Positions 38,785 to 48,218 of a stretch of 64,000 nucleotides of DNA are shown here, piece after piece; positions within the stretch are counted from its first letter, which is position 1; each line of letters begins with the position of its first letter. This DNA is from an uncultured Acidobacteriota bacterium (GTDB lineage: Bacteria > Acidobacteriota > Vicinamibacteria > Vicinamibacterales > UBA2999). The notes beneath the pieces are model-generated. The model saw only the letters and a list, made by a program, of their open reading frames with translations, was not told the origin of the DNA and did no database searches. Location: assembly GCA_963773045.1 (NCBI GenBank), contig CAVYZT010000009.1, forward strand, positions 257,857 through 321,856, read 5' to 3'. The translations under genes were made by a program, and so were the position numbers.

Positions 38785-40717
38785 CCCTGAACTTCCGCTG
38801 CTCCGCCGTGAGCTCTCCCCCGGCACGCTCGATGGGGACGATTTCAATCCGCGGATCCTCTTCCAGCTTCACTGTTCCGTTCACGGTCTCTCCGCCTCGC
38901 CGAACGTAGCGAATCGGAATCGTGTCGCCGGGCTTGTGCCGCGACAACACCTGCTCCATCGTGGTGGGCGAGCTCAGCTCGGTGCCGTCGAGGCTGACGA
39001 TCCGATCGTCCTGCTCGACGCCGGCGACATAGAGCGGCGAGCCAAAGGGAACCAGACCGGCCACTCGGGTCCCGCTGCTGTTCGATTGAAACTGCGCCGC
39101 GCCGACCCACGGTCGGCCCGGCGATCGCTTTCGCGCCACTATGCCGGCGCGCGTCAGCAGCTTCGAGTAGTCCACCAGCTCACGGCCTTCGATATAGCGC
39201 GTGAAGAACTCCTGGGCGAAGGCCCGGTCCCCGGTCACGCTGGCCAGCGTTTCCTTCAGGCCATCCATCGTGTACGGCGTCGCCACCAGACCCGGCACCT
39301 TCTGTCCCGGCCGGCCATAGTTGGCCCAGAGGGCCTGCATGTAGGTGTCGAGCGTGACGCGGCCGTCGGTCTTGTCCCGCATCGCGAGATCGAGCCCGAG
39401 CCCAATCGCCGCTCCATAGGTGTAGTACGAAATGAACGTGTTCGGCCACGCCGTGCGATCGACCGTAACCGCCGCGTCGACAAACGGCGCCATGCGGCTC
39501 ATATCCACCGCGCTTCTGATCCTGCGCCCCGGGCTGAGCTCGACTGCGTCGATCGTGTCGGCCAGATCGCCAAGCAGGTTGTCCATCGGCTGCAGGCCGG
39601 CGCGTTCGAGGATGAGGCCGTCGTAGTAGCTCGTGAAGCCCTCGCCGATCCACAGCTCGCCGCTCACGTCGGCTTCTTCGAAGTCGAACGGCTCGATGCC
39701 TTTTGAGCGGATGCGCTCCATGTTCCATGCGTGAAAGAACTCGTGCGAGACTGCGCTCAGCATGCCGCGGCGCTGGCTGGGATTGCGCAGCGCACCCTGC
39801 CCGGTCAGCGAGGTGCTGTTGCGATGCTCCATGCCGTCGCCATTGGCCCATGGCAGGTAGACGGCGAGGAACGTGTAGGTATTCGTCTCGAACTGCGGCA
39901 GCTCGCCAAACACCGGAATGGCTTCCCTGACGATGCGCTCGATGTCGGCGGCGTAGGCATCGGCGTCGGCGTCAGTGCCGTCGTGCGTGAGCGCGACGCG
40001 GAAGGTTGCCTTGTCGACGCTGAAGGTCCGGAGCGTGAAGGCGCTGAAATCGCTCGGGCTGTCCATCAAGTAGTGGAGGTTGGGAGCGGTGTAGACCAGC
40101 GGATCGCTGGTCGGAAACAGCTGCGTGGCAACCTTCCAGCTCTTCCCCGGCGGCTCGACGAAGGTCACGCGCGCCGGCCGATCGAGCCAGCCGCGCGCGA
40201 ACATCAGCGCCGCAGGAATGTTGATGTGCGCGTGCATCGAGTCGATGCCGAGATACGTTCCGTCGGTGCGATCGCCGTAGACGACGTAGCGGACCACGAC
40301 GGTACCATCGTGGCCGGTCACGTCCCATTGATGCAGGTTCGGCCGGGCGGCGGTCAGGTTCTTGCCAGCGCCGTCTGCGATCGAGACGTCGAACACGTTC
40401 TTGGCGAACTCATGCAGCGCGTAGCGGCCCGGCGAGGTTCGCGCCATCCGCAGCTGCAACGTGCCGGCGGGCACCTTTGAGAATCGCGCCTCGACCACCA
40501 TATAGCGATGTTCCGGGGCCGGGAACGACAGCGTGTACTCAATCGACGCCGGCGCTGCGACCGGGGAGGCTACCGGTTTGGGCTCCACCGCCGTCGCTTG
40601 AGCCCACGACGGCGCAGCCAAGAAGAGAAATAGAGCCGCCAGCAGACCGCTTTTCGCTCTTCGCTCTTCGCCTTTCGCGAGTTCGCAGCTCATCATCGCG
40701 CTAGCATATCTGCTCAC
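38753..40717 (-). CDS. M61 family glycyl aminopeptidase-like metallopeptidase with a C-terminal PDZ domain
   Basis: [12 protein letters not shown] zinc motif, a downstream EGFTSYY motif, and a C-terminal PDZ-like [20 protein letters not shown]. The start is uncertain because the first ~25 codons overlap a repeat array. Confidence 0.85.
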   Translation of the reverse strand: MSRYASAMMSCELAKGEERRAKSGLLAALFLFLAAPSWAQATAVEPKPVASPVAAPASIEYTLSFPAPEHRYMVVEARFSKVPAGTLQLRMARTSPGRYALHEFAKNVFDVSIADGAGKNLTAARPNLHQWDVTGHDGTVVVRYVVYGDRTDGTYLGIDSMHAHINIPAALMFARGWLDRPARVTFVEPPGKSWKVATQLFPTSDPLVYTAPNLHYLMDSPSDFSAFTLRTFSVDKATFRVALTHDGTDADADAYAADIERIVREAIPVFGELPQFETNTYTFLAVYLPWANGDGMEHRNSTSLTGQGALRNPSQRRGMLSAVSHEFFHAWNMERIRSKGIEPFDFEEADVSGELWIGEGFTSYYDGLILERAGLQPMDNLLGDLADTIDAVELSPGRRIRSAVDMSRMAPFVDAAVTVDRTAWPNTFISYYTYGAAIGLGLDLAMRDKTDGRVTLDTYMQALWANYGRPGQKVPGLVATPYTMDGLKETLASVTGDRAFAQEFFTRYIEGRELVDYSKLLTRAGIVARKRSPGRPWVGAAQFQSNSSGTRVAGLVPFGSPLYVAGVEQDDRIVSLDGTELSSPTTMEQVLSRHKPGDTIPIRYVRRGGETVNGTVKLEEDPRIEIVPIERAGGELTAEQRKFRDAWLSSAQKR

Positions 40718-40816
40718 GAGAACCCTCGCCGTTTGACACGCGGTGCATTGCGCGTCGACGCGTTCGCGGCTCCTATTGTGGCGAAACGCGAATCGCGAAC
40801 CGCGAACCGCGAATCA
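40649..40816. repeat. TTCGC / GCGAA heptamer arrays in inverted orientation
   Basis: cgcttttcgctcttcgctcttcgcctttcgcgagttcgc (40649-40687) versus gcgaaacgcgaatcgcgaaccgcgaaccgcgaatc (40781-40815). Confidence 0.75.
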
Positions 40817-41941
40817 CTGCGGTTTCTTCTGCGCGGCGGCCGTCCGCTCCTGTTGTCGAGCGCCGCTCAAGACGTTGACGAGGCCGTAGTTGCCTTCGTG
40901 ACAGGCGTACTCGTAGACCTGCTCACCTGGCGGCATCGTGTTGAACGCCAGCTCACCAGTGAACGGAGCGACGAAGGTGGATGGATCTTCCACCGTGAAC
41001 CGGTAGCTGATTGTGTTGGCATCGACTCGCCGCAGCCGTTCGGTCACCTTCAGGTTCTCCCACGAGTTGCGGAAGCCGTGCAGCGGATGGAAGTTCGTCG
41101 TCTCGATGACCAGCGTGTCACCGTCCCACCGTCCGATCGAGTCGCCGAACCATTGGCGGAAGCTCGATGGAGGATGCTGACCGCCGATCCGGACGATGCG
41201 CGCGTCGTGCACCATCTCCGTCATGATCATCACCGTGTCGGCGGTCTGCACGATCGTGTAGTTGTTATTGTAAAAGTAGTTCGGCAGCATCGGCGGCCCG
41301 GCGTTGTTGCCAAACGAGGTGATGCAGCGCTCCCCGAGCGGGCGCAGTTCCGGATGGTCGAACTCGCCGCCCTGGGTCTTGCGGGCGGCCCCCGCCTGCG
41401 CCATTCGAGCGCGCGCCTCTGCGGTGTACACCGGCACCCTGCCATCCGCCGGGTCGATCACGATCGAACTTCTCGGCAGCCCATCGACCCGCAGGACGCG
41501 CTCGCCGGGATCGATCCAGAAGGAGTTGTACCCGCCGACGAGGCCGGCGCCCCCTTGCCACACACGTTCGATGAACGTGGGCTCGGCGTTCGGGCTCTTC
41601 CTGGCCTCGCCACCGACAGGTGGAGCGGCTCGATTCGGATCACTTGGCTGTTCGCGGGCCTCCAACGCCCGCCGGGTGCTCTGTTCCTGCGCGATCGCGG
41701 CGTCGTCGGTCAGCACGAGCGGCTGGTTTGCGCCAAGACGTTCGAACGGTGTGATCGTCGCGTTGGTCCAATTGCCTTGGAAGTCAGGACGTCCATCCGG
41801 CGTGCGGGGGATCGCCGCCGGCTTGGCCGCCGGTTTCGCGGCAGCGGGCTTTTGCGGTGGGGGCGCGGTCGCCGGGGCCTGCGCGCCGGCGGTCGCCAGA
41901 GCGAACACCGCGGCCGTGAGCGTGACACCCAGGGTTCTCAT
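40814..41941 (-). CDS. secreted protein of unknown function (paralogue B)
   Basis: ATG 41941 overlaps the upstream TGA (ATGA). Signal peptide MRTLGVTLTAAVFALATAGAQA, a Pro/Ala/Lys linker, and the shared core ..DSIGRWDGDTLVIETTNF..LKVTERLRRVD.NTISYRFTVEDPSTF. Confidence 0.6.
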   Translation of the reverse strand: MRTLGVTLTAAVFALATAGAQAPATAPPPQKPAAAKPAAKPAAIPRTPDGRPDFQGNWTNATITPFERLGANQPLVLTDDAAIAQEQSTRRALEAREQPSDPNRAAPPVGGEARKSPNAEPTFIERVWQGGAGLVGGYNSFWIDPGERVLRVDGLPRSSIVIDPADGRVPVYTAEARARMAQAGAARKTQGGEFDHPELRPLGERCITSFGNNAGPPMLPNYFYNNNYTIVQTADTVMIMTEMVHDARIVRIGGQHPPSSFRQWFGDSIGRWDGDTLVIETTNFHPLHGFRNSWENLKVTERLRRVDANTISYRFTVEDPSTFVAPFTGELAFNTMPPGEQVYEYACHEGNYGLVNVLSGARQQERTAAAQKKPQ

Positions 41942-42801
41942 TTCAGCGGCTCCTTCCGCAAATGACCGTACATCAACTCGGTGACGAACTCGACGCACTT
42001 GAACTGACCCAGCCGCGCGCCCTTCTCGACCCGGCGATAGAGCGGCAGGCTCATCTTCCAGGGTCGGGTGAAGGTCTGCGGGTCCTCGATCGTCGCCTCG
42101 TACTGAATGTGATCGGAGTCGGTCATCGTGTAGCGTTCGGTGACCTTCAGGTCCGAGCTGTGGTGATTGCCGGCCCGATCGAACCAGCTTCCGTCGGTGA
42201 ACCCGGTGACGTCGATCACGAAAATGTCGCCTTCCCAGCGGCCCACCGATTGACCCATCCAGCTGTCGAGCGGCGCCGGGCCCGGGTCCTTCAGCATGAC
42301 GTTGCGGGTGGCGCCCGCATACTCGTAGGCGATGAAGAACGACGTCGCGCTCTGCAGGATCTGAAACGGAAACGGCATGTAGGTGGCGCGCGGCACGCCC
42401 GGCAGATAGCACTTGATCTCGGGATCGAGCGTCAGCCAGTTCGCCTGATTCTCCTGCTTCTTCTTCAACGCCTCGGGCTTGTACGGAAGCTCATCGCCCT
42501 CGACGATCCCGAGTCCCGAGGGCACCGATCCCGCCGCACCAAAAGCCAGCACTTCTTTGGCGGGAACTGGAACGACAGGGCCCGGACGCATCGCGAGCGC
42601 CGCCTTTGCGCTGTGCGCTTGAATATCCCAGTTGGCGGTGTTGATCGCCTGCCAGATGCCATTCAAGTTGGGCTTGCCGTTGAGCCGCGGAATGTTGGAC
42701 GTGCGAGTCTGGCCGGTCAACGGTGACAGCGACACCAGTGCGAAGGCACCGGCGGCCACACCAGCCACGATCGAAGTCTGCAGAACCGACACCCAGCGCA
42801 T
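41938..42801 (-). CDS. secreted protein of unknown function (paralogue A)
   Basis: 287 aa with a signal/TM segment. It shares QSVGRWEGDIFVIDVTGF..DLKVTERYTMTDSDHIQYEATIEDPQTF with the downstream gene. Confidence 0.6.
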   Translation of the reverse strand: MRWVSVLQTSIVAGVAAGAFALVSLSPLTGQTRTSNIPRLNGKPNLNGIWQAINTANWDIQAHSAKAALAMRPGPVVPVPAKEVLAFGAAGSVPSGLGIVEGDELPYKPEALKKKQENQANWLTLDPEIKCYLPGVPRATYMPFPFQILQSATSFFIAYEYAGATRNVMLKDPGPAPLDSWMGQSVGRWEGDIFVIDVTGFTDGSWFDRAGNHHSSDLKVTERYTMTDSDHIQYEATIEDPQTFTRPWKMSLPLYRRVEKGARLGQFKCVEFVTELMYGHLRKEPLK

Positions 42802-42848
42802 GTGGAAACCTCTCTGAAGGGCGGATTATACGGCGAGCGAAGCTGGAT

Positions 42849-45704
42849 CTAGGATCCGGGAAGTTTCTCGAAGTCCCGGCGCGCTTGGACGAGCATCGGC
42901 ACATCCGGGTCGGCGTCCTTCCACAGATCGAAGAACTGCTGGTAGATCTTCCGCGCCTCACTCGTTTGTCCAAGCGCCGCGCGCGCTCTGGCAAGCGAGA
43001 CCATCGCCGAGGCCTTCGATGCGCCCAGACCGCTGCGCGGCTCCTTCTGAACCACCCATTCGAGACCCTTGGACGCTTCGAGCCAATGTTGGAGCCGGAC
43101 CTGGGCAATGCACCAGACGGCCACCTGCTGACCGTGAGCGGTGTCGAAGGTCACCGGCTCGAGGAGCGTCGCGGCCTCGGCCGGTTTGGCCTCGGCGAGC
43201 GCCAGCAACGACTCCAGGAAGCGCGCCGCTTCGAGACGCCGAGCCGGATTGGCAATCGACTTCTTCGCTTCTTCGACGGCGCCGATGAAGATCGCCTTGG
43301 CGCGCGCGCGATCCTGCAGCAGGGCGCTCAGTACCAGGTCTTCGTCGAGAGCGCCCGCCTGCACCAGACCGCCGGTTCGGGCGCGGGTCGCGCGGGCGCT
43401 CGCGACATCCGTCAGTCCCACCAGCGCTTCGTTGATCGCCAGATCCAGGATCCGCTCGCCGATCCGATCGGCGAGGCTGGCCTGCTCCAGGCGGGACTGC
43501 AGCTCGACGATCAGCCGGTCAGCGTCGCTCATCTTTCCGAGATACGTCGCGCCGGCAATCCGAGTCCCCACCATCTGCACTTCGTCGCGGCGGCCATGAA
43601 CCGCCGCCACCTGCGCGTCGGCCAGCGCCGGGTCGCCGGTCACAATCGCGAGCGCATAGAGGCCTGCCCTGGAATTGGTGGAGTCCTGAAGCTTCAGCGC
43701 GGTATCGATCGCCTTGCGCGCATCTTGGTAGCGGCCGGCATCGAAATAGGCGTTCGACAGGTTCTGCCACGCCAGCGGCTGGTCGGCGCCGATCACGACC
43801 GCATGCTCGAGCTCGCGGATCGCTTCCTCGTCTTGTCCCAGGGTGCGCAGCAGTAATCCGAGGTTCACGAGCGACGAGTAATCGTCCGGATAGGTCGCCA
43901 ACAGCACCCGGTATGTTTCGGCGGCCTTGCTGAGGTCCTGGTCCACGGTCGTGTAATAGCGCGCTTCGATGTAGGCGCGTTCGGCGTCGCTCACCTTGCT
44001 TCTGAGCTCGAACGCTTTGCCCGTCATCTTGCGTCCTTCGTCGGACTGCCCCAGGTTGTTGAACACGGTGCCGAGTCGCGCGTAGGCGAGCGCGAACTCG
44101 GGATCGAGCTCGATGGCCTTGCGGAAGAACGGAACCGAGTCGAAGTCGCCGGTCGTCTTGCGCGTCCGGACCCCCTGGCTGTACGCCTTCAGCGCATCCA
44201 GCGATCGCGTCGTCGCTTCTTCGACCGTGGCGTCGTAGCGCTGAATCGACGCCAGCGACTCGCCGAGGTTTCCGCGCAGCGCCGAGACGCCGCTGCCGAG
44301 CGCTTTCAAGACGTTCTCTTTCGAATCCGACTGCACCTGTTGTTCGGCGAGCACGCGGCCGGTGAGACAGTCTTGCGCGTTGAGCGTGACCACGTATGAG
44401 GACCCGAGCATCGCGATCGAGCCGCCGAGCATCGCCTTGGCGGCGACGCGCTGGCAGAGCTCGCGCCCGACGTCACCGGTGAGCGGGGTCATCGGATCGC
44501 GACCCATGAGCCGCAGCGTGGACTGCACCTGCTGATCGGCGACCACAGTCAGAAACGGCGACTGCCGCAGTTGAACGCCCAGCGCCTCGCCCAGGGTGTC
44601 GTCGAACATGGCGTCGCCGGTTCGATTCATCATGGCGGCGAGCACCACCGGATCCTTGGCGGCGAACGCCGGCGTGCTCACCGACCAGTAGAAGAACAGA
44701 CCGCCAACCACCGCGAGGGTCATGAGCGTCACGCCGACGAGCGCCGGCTTGAGCCATGGCCGGGGCTCGCGCTGAACGGCGGCGACACCTGACTGAAGAT
44801 TCGATGCGGCCGCGCCTGGCGCCGCTCCAGTCGGAGTCGCAATCGCCCCGCTCTCTGCCGCCTTCCGCAGGCGCCGAAGCTCGGCACGCAGGTCCGCGGC
44901 GCTCTGGAAGCGCGTGTCGCGATCCTTTTCGAGCGCGCGGGCGATCACGTGATCGAACGCCGGTGGCAAGCCGGGCTCGATTTGCGATGGCGGCACGGGA
45001 GCTTTCGTGAGGATCCCCTCGAAGATCGTCGCCGGCGTCGCCCCAGGGAATGGGAGCGTGCGAGTCGCCATTTCGTACAGCACGATGCCGGCGGAAAACA
45101 GATCGCTGCGCGCATCGATCTCGTGACCACGCGCCTGCTCCGGCGACATGTACGCGATCGTCCCAACCGTCGACCCGACCGTCGTCAGCTGATTCGAGCC
45201 GCCCACGGTCGTCTCGCTCGTGTCACCGCCGGCGCGGCTGAGCTTGGCGATGCCGAAGTCCAGCACCTTCAGCGATCCACGCTTGCTCACGAAGAGATTC
45301 GCCGGCTTGATGTCACGGTGGACGACGCCTTCACCGTGCGCGGCGTCGAGCGCATCGGCCATCTGTTCGCCAAGCCGAAGCACCTCGTCCAGCGACAGCG
45401 GACTCCGATCGATCCGCGCGCGAAGCGACTCGCCGTCGAGCAGCTCCATCACCATGAAGCGCTGATCGTGATGCGCGCCGATGTCAAACAGCGTGCAGAT
45501 GTGAGGGTGGGTCAACGAGGAGATGACTCGAGCTTCGCGAAAGAACCGCTGCGCCGCCTCGGGCGTGACGCCGGAATCGTCGGGCAGAAACTTGATGGCG
45601 ACGCGTCGGCCGAGCCGGGTGTCTTCGGCCTGGTACACGACCCCCATACCACCGGAGCCAAGCCGGGACAGGATCCGATAGTGCGAAACGGTCTCGCCAA
45701 TCAT
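42849..45704 (-). CDS. Ser/Thr protein kinase with a TM segment and a large TPR-repeat C-terminal region
   Basis: ATG 45704. GSGGMGVVYQAED..VAIKFL, HRDIKPANLF, DFGIAK, YMSPEQ. A hydrophobic segment follows, then more than 500 aa of TPR-like repeats. Confidence 0.85.
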   Translation of the reverse strand: MIGETVSHYRILSRLGSGGMGVVYQAEDTRLGRRVAIKFLPDDSGVTPEAAQRFFREARVISSLTHPHICTLFDIGAHHDQRFMVMELLDGESLRARIDRSPLSLDEVLRLGEQMADALDAAHGEGVVHRDIKPANLFVSKRGSLKVLDFGIAKLSRAGGDTSETTVGGSNQLTTVGSTVGTIAYMSPEQARGHEIDARSDLFSAGIVLYEMATRTLPFPGATPATIFEGILTKAPVPPSQIEPGLPPAFDHVIARALEKDRDTRFQSAADLRAELRRLRKAAESGAIATPTGAAPGAAASNLQSGVAAVQREPRPWLKPALVGVTLMTLAVVGGLFFYWSVSTPAFAAKDPVVLAAMMNRTGDAMFDDTLGEALGVQLRQSPFLTVVADQQVQSTLRLMGRDPMTPLTGDVGRELCQRVAAKAMLGGSIAMLGSSYVVTLNAQDCLTGRVLAEQQVQSDSKENVLKALGSGVSALRGNLGESLASIQRYDATVEEATTRSLDALKAYSQGVRTRKTTGDFDSVPFFRKAIELDPEFALAYARLGTVFNNLGQSDEGRKMTGKAFELRSKVSDAERAYIEARYYTTVDQDLSKAAETYRVLLATYPDDYSSLVNLGLLLRTLGQDEEAIRELEHAVVIGADQPLAWQNLSNAYFDAGRYQDARKAIDTALKLQDSTNSRAGLYALAIVTGDPALADAQVAAVHGRRDEVQMVGTRIAGATYLGKMSDADRLIVELQSRLEQASLADRIGERILDLAINEALVGLTDVASARATRARTGGLVQAGALDEDLVLSALLQDRARAKAIFIGAVEEAKKSIANPARRLEAARFLESLLALAEAKPAEAATLLEPVTFDTAHGQQVAVWCIAQVRLQHWLEASKGLEWVVQKEPRSGLGASKASAMVSLARARAALGQTSEARKIYQQFFDLWKDADPDVPMLVQARRDFEKLPGS

Positions 45705-45837
45705 GGGCGCTGGTCGATCAACTTCCGGATCTTCGTCGCGAGCTGGACCGGTGTAAAGGGTTTCTGCAGGAAAGATTTGCGCACGCAAGGACAGCGTAGC
45801 GGGCGGCTACGCAGCGTGGCAAGCGGCGGTCCGCCGG

Positions 45838-47530
45838 CTAGCGCAATCGCGCGAGGCTGATGGCGCGGGCGACCGAGCCAACCAGCTCGTCGAGATCGAT
45901 CGGCTTGGCGAGGTGCCAGTCGTAGCCAGCCTCGATCGCCGCGGCGCGCTCGGGGAGGCTGGCGTAGGCGGTCACGGCAACCGCAGGAACCCGGCCACCT
46001 AAGTCGGCGGGCAGCGTTCTCACCGCCTGGATCAAGGCGTATCCATCCTTGCCGGGCATGGCGATGTCGCAGAAGAGCACATCGAACGATCGATGGCGAA
46101 GCGCGCGCAGCGCCTCCTCGGCCGACCCGGCGGTGACGACGTCTGCGCCTCGTGATTCGAGCATCGCGCGCATCAGATCCCGCGCGTCGGCCTGGTCGTC
46201 GATGACCAGGACGCGGGCAGCCGACAGCTGCATAGGTTGGCTGTCCTGAGCCGGCGAATCCGTTTTGGCCTTCGGCCGCACCGACTTGATCGGCAACTGC
46301 ACGGTGAACGTCGCGCCGTGACCATCACCGAGACTCGCGGCCAGGACGTTGCCGCCATGCGCCTCGGTGACATGCCTGACGATCGCAAGCCCGAGGCCGA
46401 GCCCGCCGTGACTTCGCGCGCTGGTGCTGTCGGCCTGGCGGAACCGCTGGAACATGAGTGGCAAGAAATCCGGGCGAATGCCCTGTCCCGTGTCTTTCAC
46501 GACGATTTCCGCGGTGGATTCACGCGCCCGCAACTCGACTTCGACTTGGCCATCGGCCGGGGTGAATTTGATCGCGTTCGAGAGGAGATTCCAGATGACC
46601 TGCTCCAGGCGCTCGGCATCGCCCTGAACGAGGATGTCGATATCGGACGGCGTCTTGACCACCAGGCGAATGCGTTTGGATTTCGCCGTCAACAGATGCG
46701 TTTCGACCGCGCTGGTGATCACCGACCCCAGATCGACCGCATCCTGCTTGAGCTGGAACTTGTCCGACACGATGCGCGAGATGTCGAGCAGGTCCTCGAC
46801 GAGCTGCGCCTGCGCCTTGGCATTGCGGCGGATGACGTCGATGGCTCGCTGCTGGGCGTCGAGCGACAGGGTTCGCTCGCCCAGCAGGTGGGTCCATCCG
46901 AGGATGGCATGCAACGGCGTTCTCAGCTCGTGCGAGAGCGTGGCGAGGAATTCATCCTTTACGCGGTTCGATTCTTTGAGCAGTTCGTGCGCCGCGGCCA
47001 GCTCGGCCTGATGCTTCTGAGAGGAGAGGTCGGTGAGCAACACGCCGACGCCGCTCGAGTCCTCGAGCGCGCTGAGGGTCAGGTAGACGGGAACGCACGG
47101 TGCCGTCTGCGGCCTGCATGAGAATTTCGCCCTGGCTGGCCGATGCCTGCCCCTCGAGCACGAGGGTGAGGTATTCCGCATGCTGATTGAGCGAGACGAA
47201 ATCGACCAGCGGCGTGCCGATGAGCTTCTCGAGCGAGACGCGCAGCATGGTGGCGAGCTGGCGATTGGCGTAGACAATCGTCCCGTCGGGGCCGAGCATG
47301 GCGGCGCCTTGATGCATCCGTTCGATCAAGACGCGGTACGGACGCTCGGCCCCTTCGAGCGTGTAGATTCGATTGCCGTTCTCGCCGTTGACGACAAACG
47401 CGTCCACCGCGCCCGAACGAATCGCCTCGAGCGTCTCTTGCGCCTCTTCCAGCCGCCGCCGAAGATCCGCGTTCTCGCCTTCGAGATCGTCGGCGGACAT
47501 GCGGGCTCCTGCCGCGGTCCTCCTGGTCAT
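45838..47530 (-). CDS. PAS - HisKA - HATPase - REC hybrid sensor kinase (one apparent frameshift near 47094)
   Basis: The N-terminal coiled-coil plus PAS is in one frame (..RIYTLEGAERPYRVLIERMHQGAAMLGPDGTIVYAN..EILMQAADGT). It continues in another frame (PCVPVYLTLSAL..FLATLSHELRTPL..GGLGLGLAIV..VLVIDDQADARD..DIAMPGKDG). The ATG overlaps the kaiB TGA (ATGA). Confidence 0.8.
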
Positions 47531-47886
47531 CGACCGGCCTCGCCTCGCGGGCGCAGATCCAGGCCGACCAGGACGCGTTCGACGTCGGACAAGTTGCCGA
47601 TCAGGCGGCGCAACGGGAGCGGGAGTTTCTTGACCAAGGTCGGCGCGGCAACGATCTCCTCGTCTCGCGCCGCTTCCGGATGCTGATAGATATCGATGAC
47701 CTCCAGCTCGTAGCGTCCTTGGAGGTACTTCGCGCAGAGCGATTTGAGCGTCTGGATCGCTTCCGACGAACGGGCTGTCATGCCGGTGACGAACAGCCGC
47801 AAGACATAGCGCTCACTGTTGGTCGCGGCAGAAGCCAAGGCCTCTTCAAATTCTTCCGTGCTTGATTTGCCAGGCTTCTTCATCAC
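47527..47886 (-). CDS. kaiB: KaiB-family protein (copy 2)
   Basis: [85 protein letters not shown] is the canonical KaiB pattern. Confidence 0.85.
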   Translation of the reverse strand: MMKKPGKSSTEEFEEALASAATNSERYVLRLFVTGMTARSSEAIQTLKSLCAKYLQGRYELEVIDIYQHPEAARDEEIVAAPTLVKKLPLPLRRLIGNLSDVERVLVGLDLRPRGEAGR

Positions 47887-48218
47887 ACTTCGATCCTCGC
47901 GGGCCGGAGCTGCAACCCGACCAGCACGCGCTCGGTGTCGCGGAGGTCACCCACGATCTTGCGCAGCGGTTCGGGCAGCTTCCGGACCAGCGTAGGAATC
48001 GCGATGATCTGATCGCCCGCGGCCAACTGCGGGTTCACTAAGAGATCGACGATCTCGATCTCGTAGCGGCCGGCCAGATGCTCTTCGCAAAGCCGCTTGA
48101 TGTTGGCGAAGGCGGCAATCGACTTCGGCGTCTGGCCGGCAACATAGAGGCGAAGCTGCCACACCTCACCATTCCCGAGGTCGTCTGGTATCGGGTCTTC
48201 TCGAAGGGCTTCGTTCAT
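47883..48218 (-). CDS. kaiB: KaiB-family protein (copy 1)
   Basis: [89 protein letters not shown] overlaps on both sides. Confidence 0.85.
   Translation of the reverse strand: MNEALREDPIPDDLGNGEVWQLRLYVAGQTPKSIAAFANIKRLCEEHLAGRYEIEIVDLLVNPQLAAGDQIIAIPTLVRKLPEPLRKIVGDLRDTERVLVGLQLRPARIEV

Noticed and set aside
37558-38847. 429-aa ORF as a single mtnB-mtnD fusion protein
   Set aside because: Only its first ~85 aa (MtnB N-terminus) and last 187 aa (MtnD) are protein-like. The middle is Arg/Pro-rich out-of-frame read-through of mtnB, whose real continuation lies in the 38064..38717 frame.
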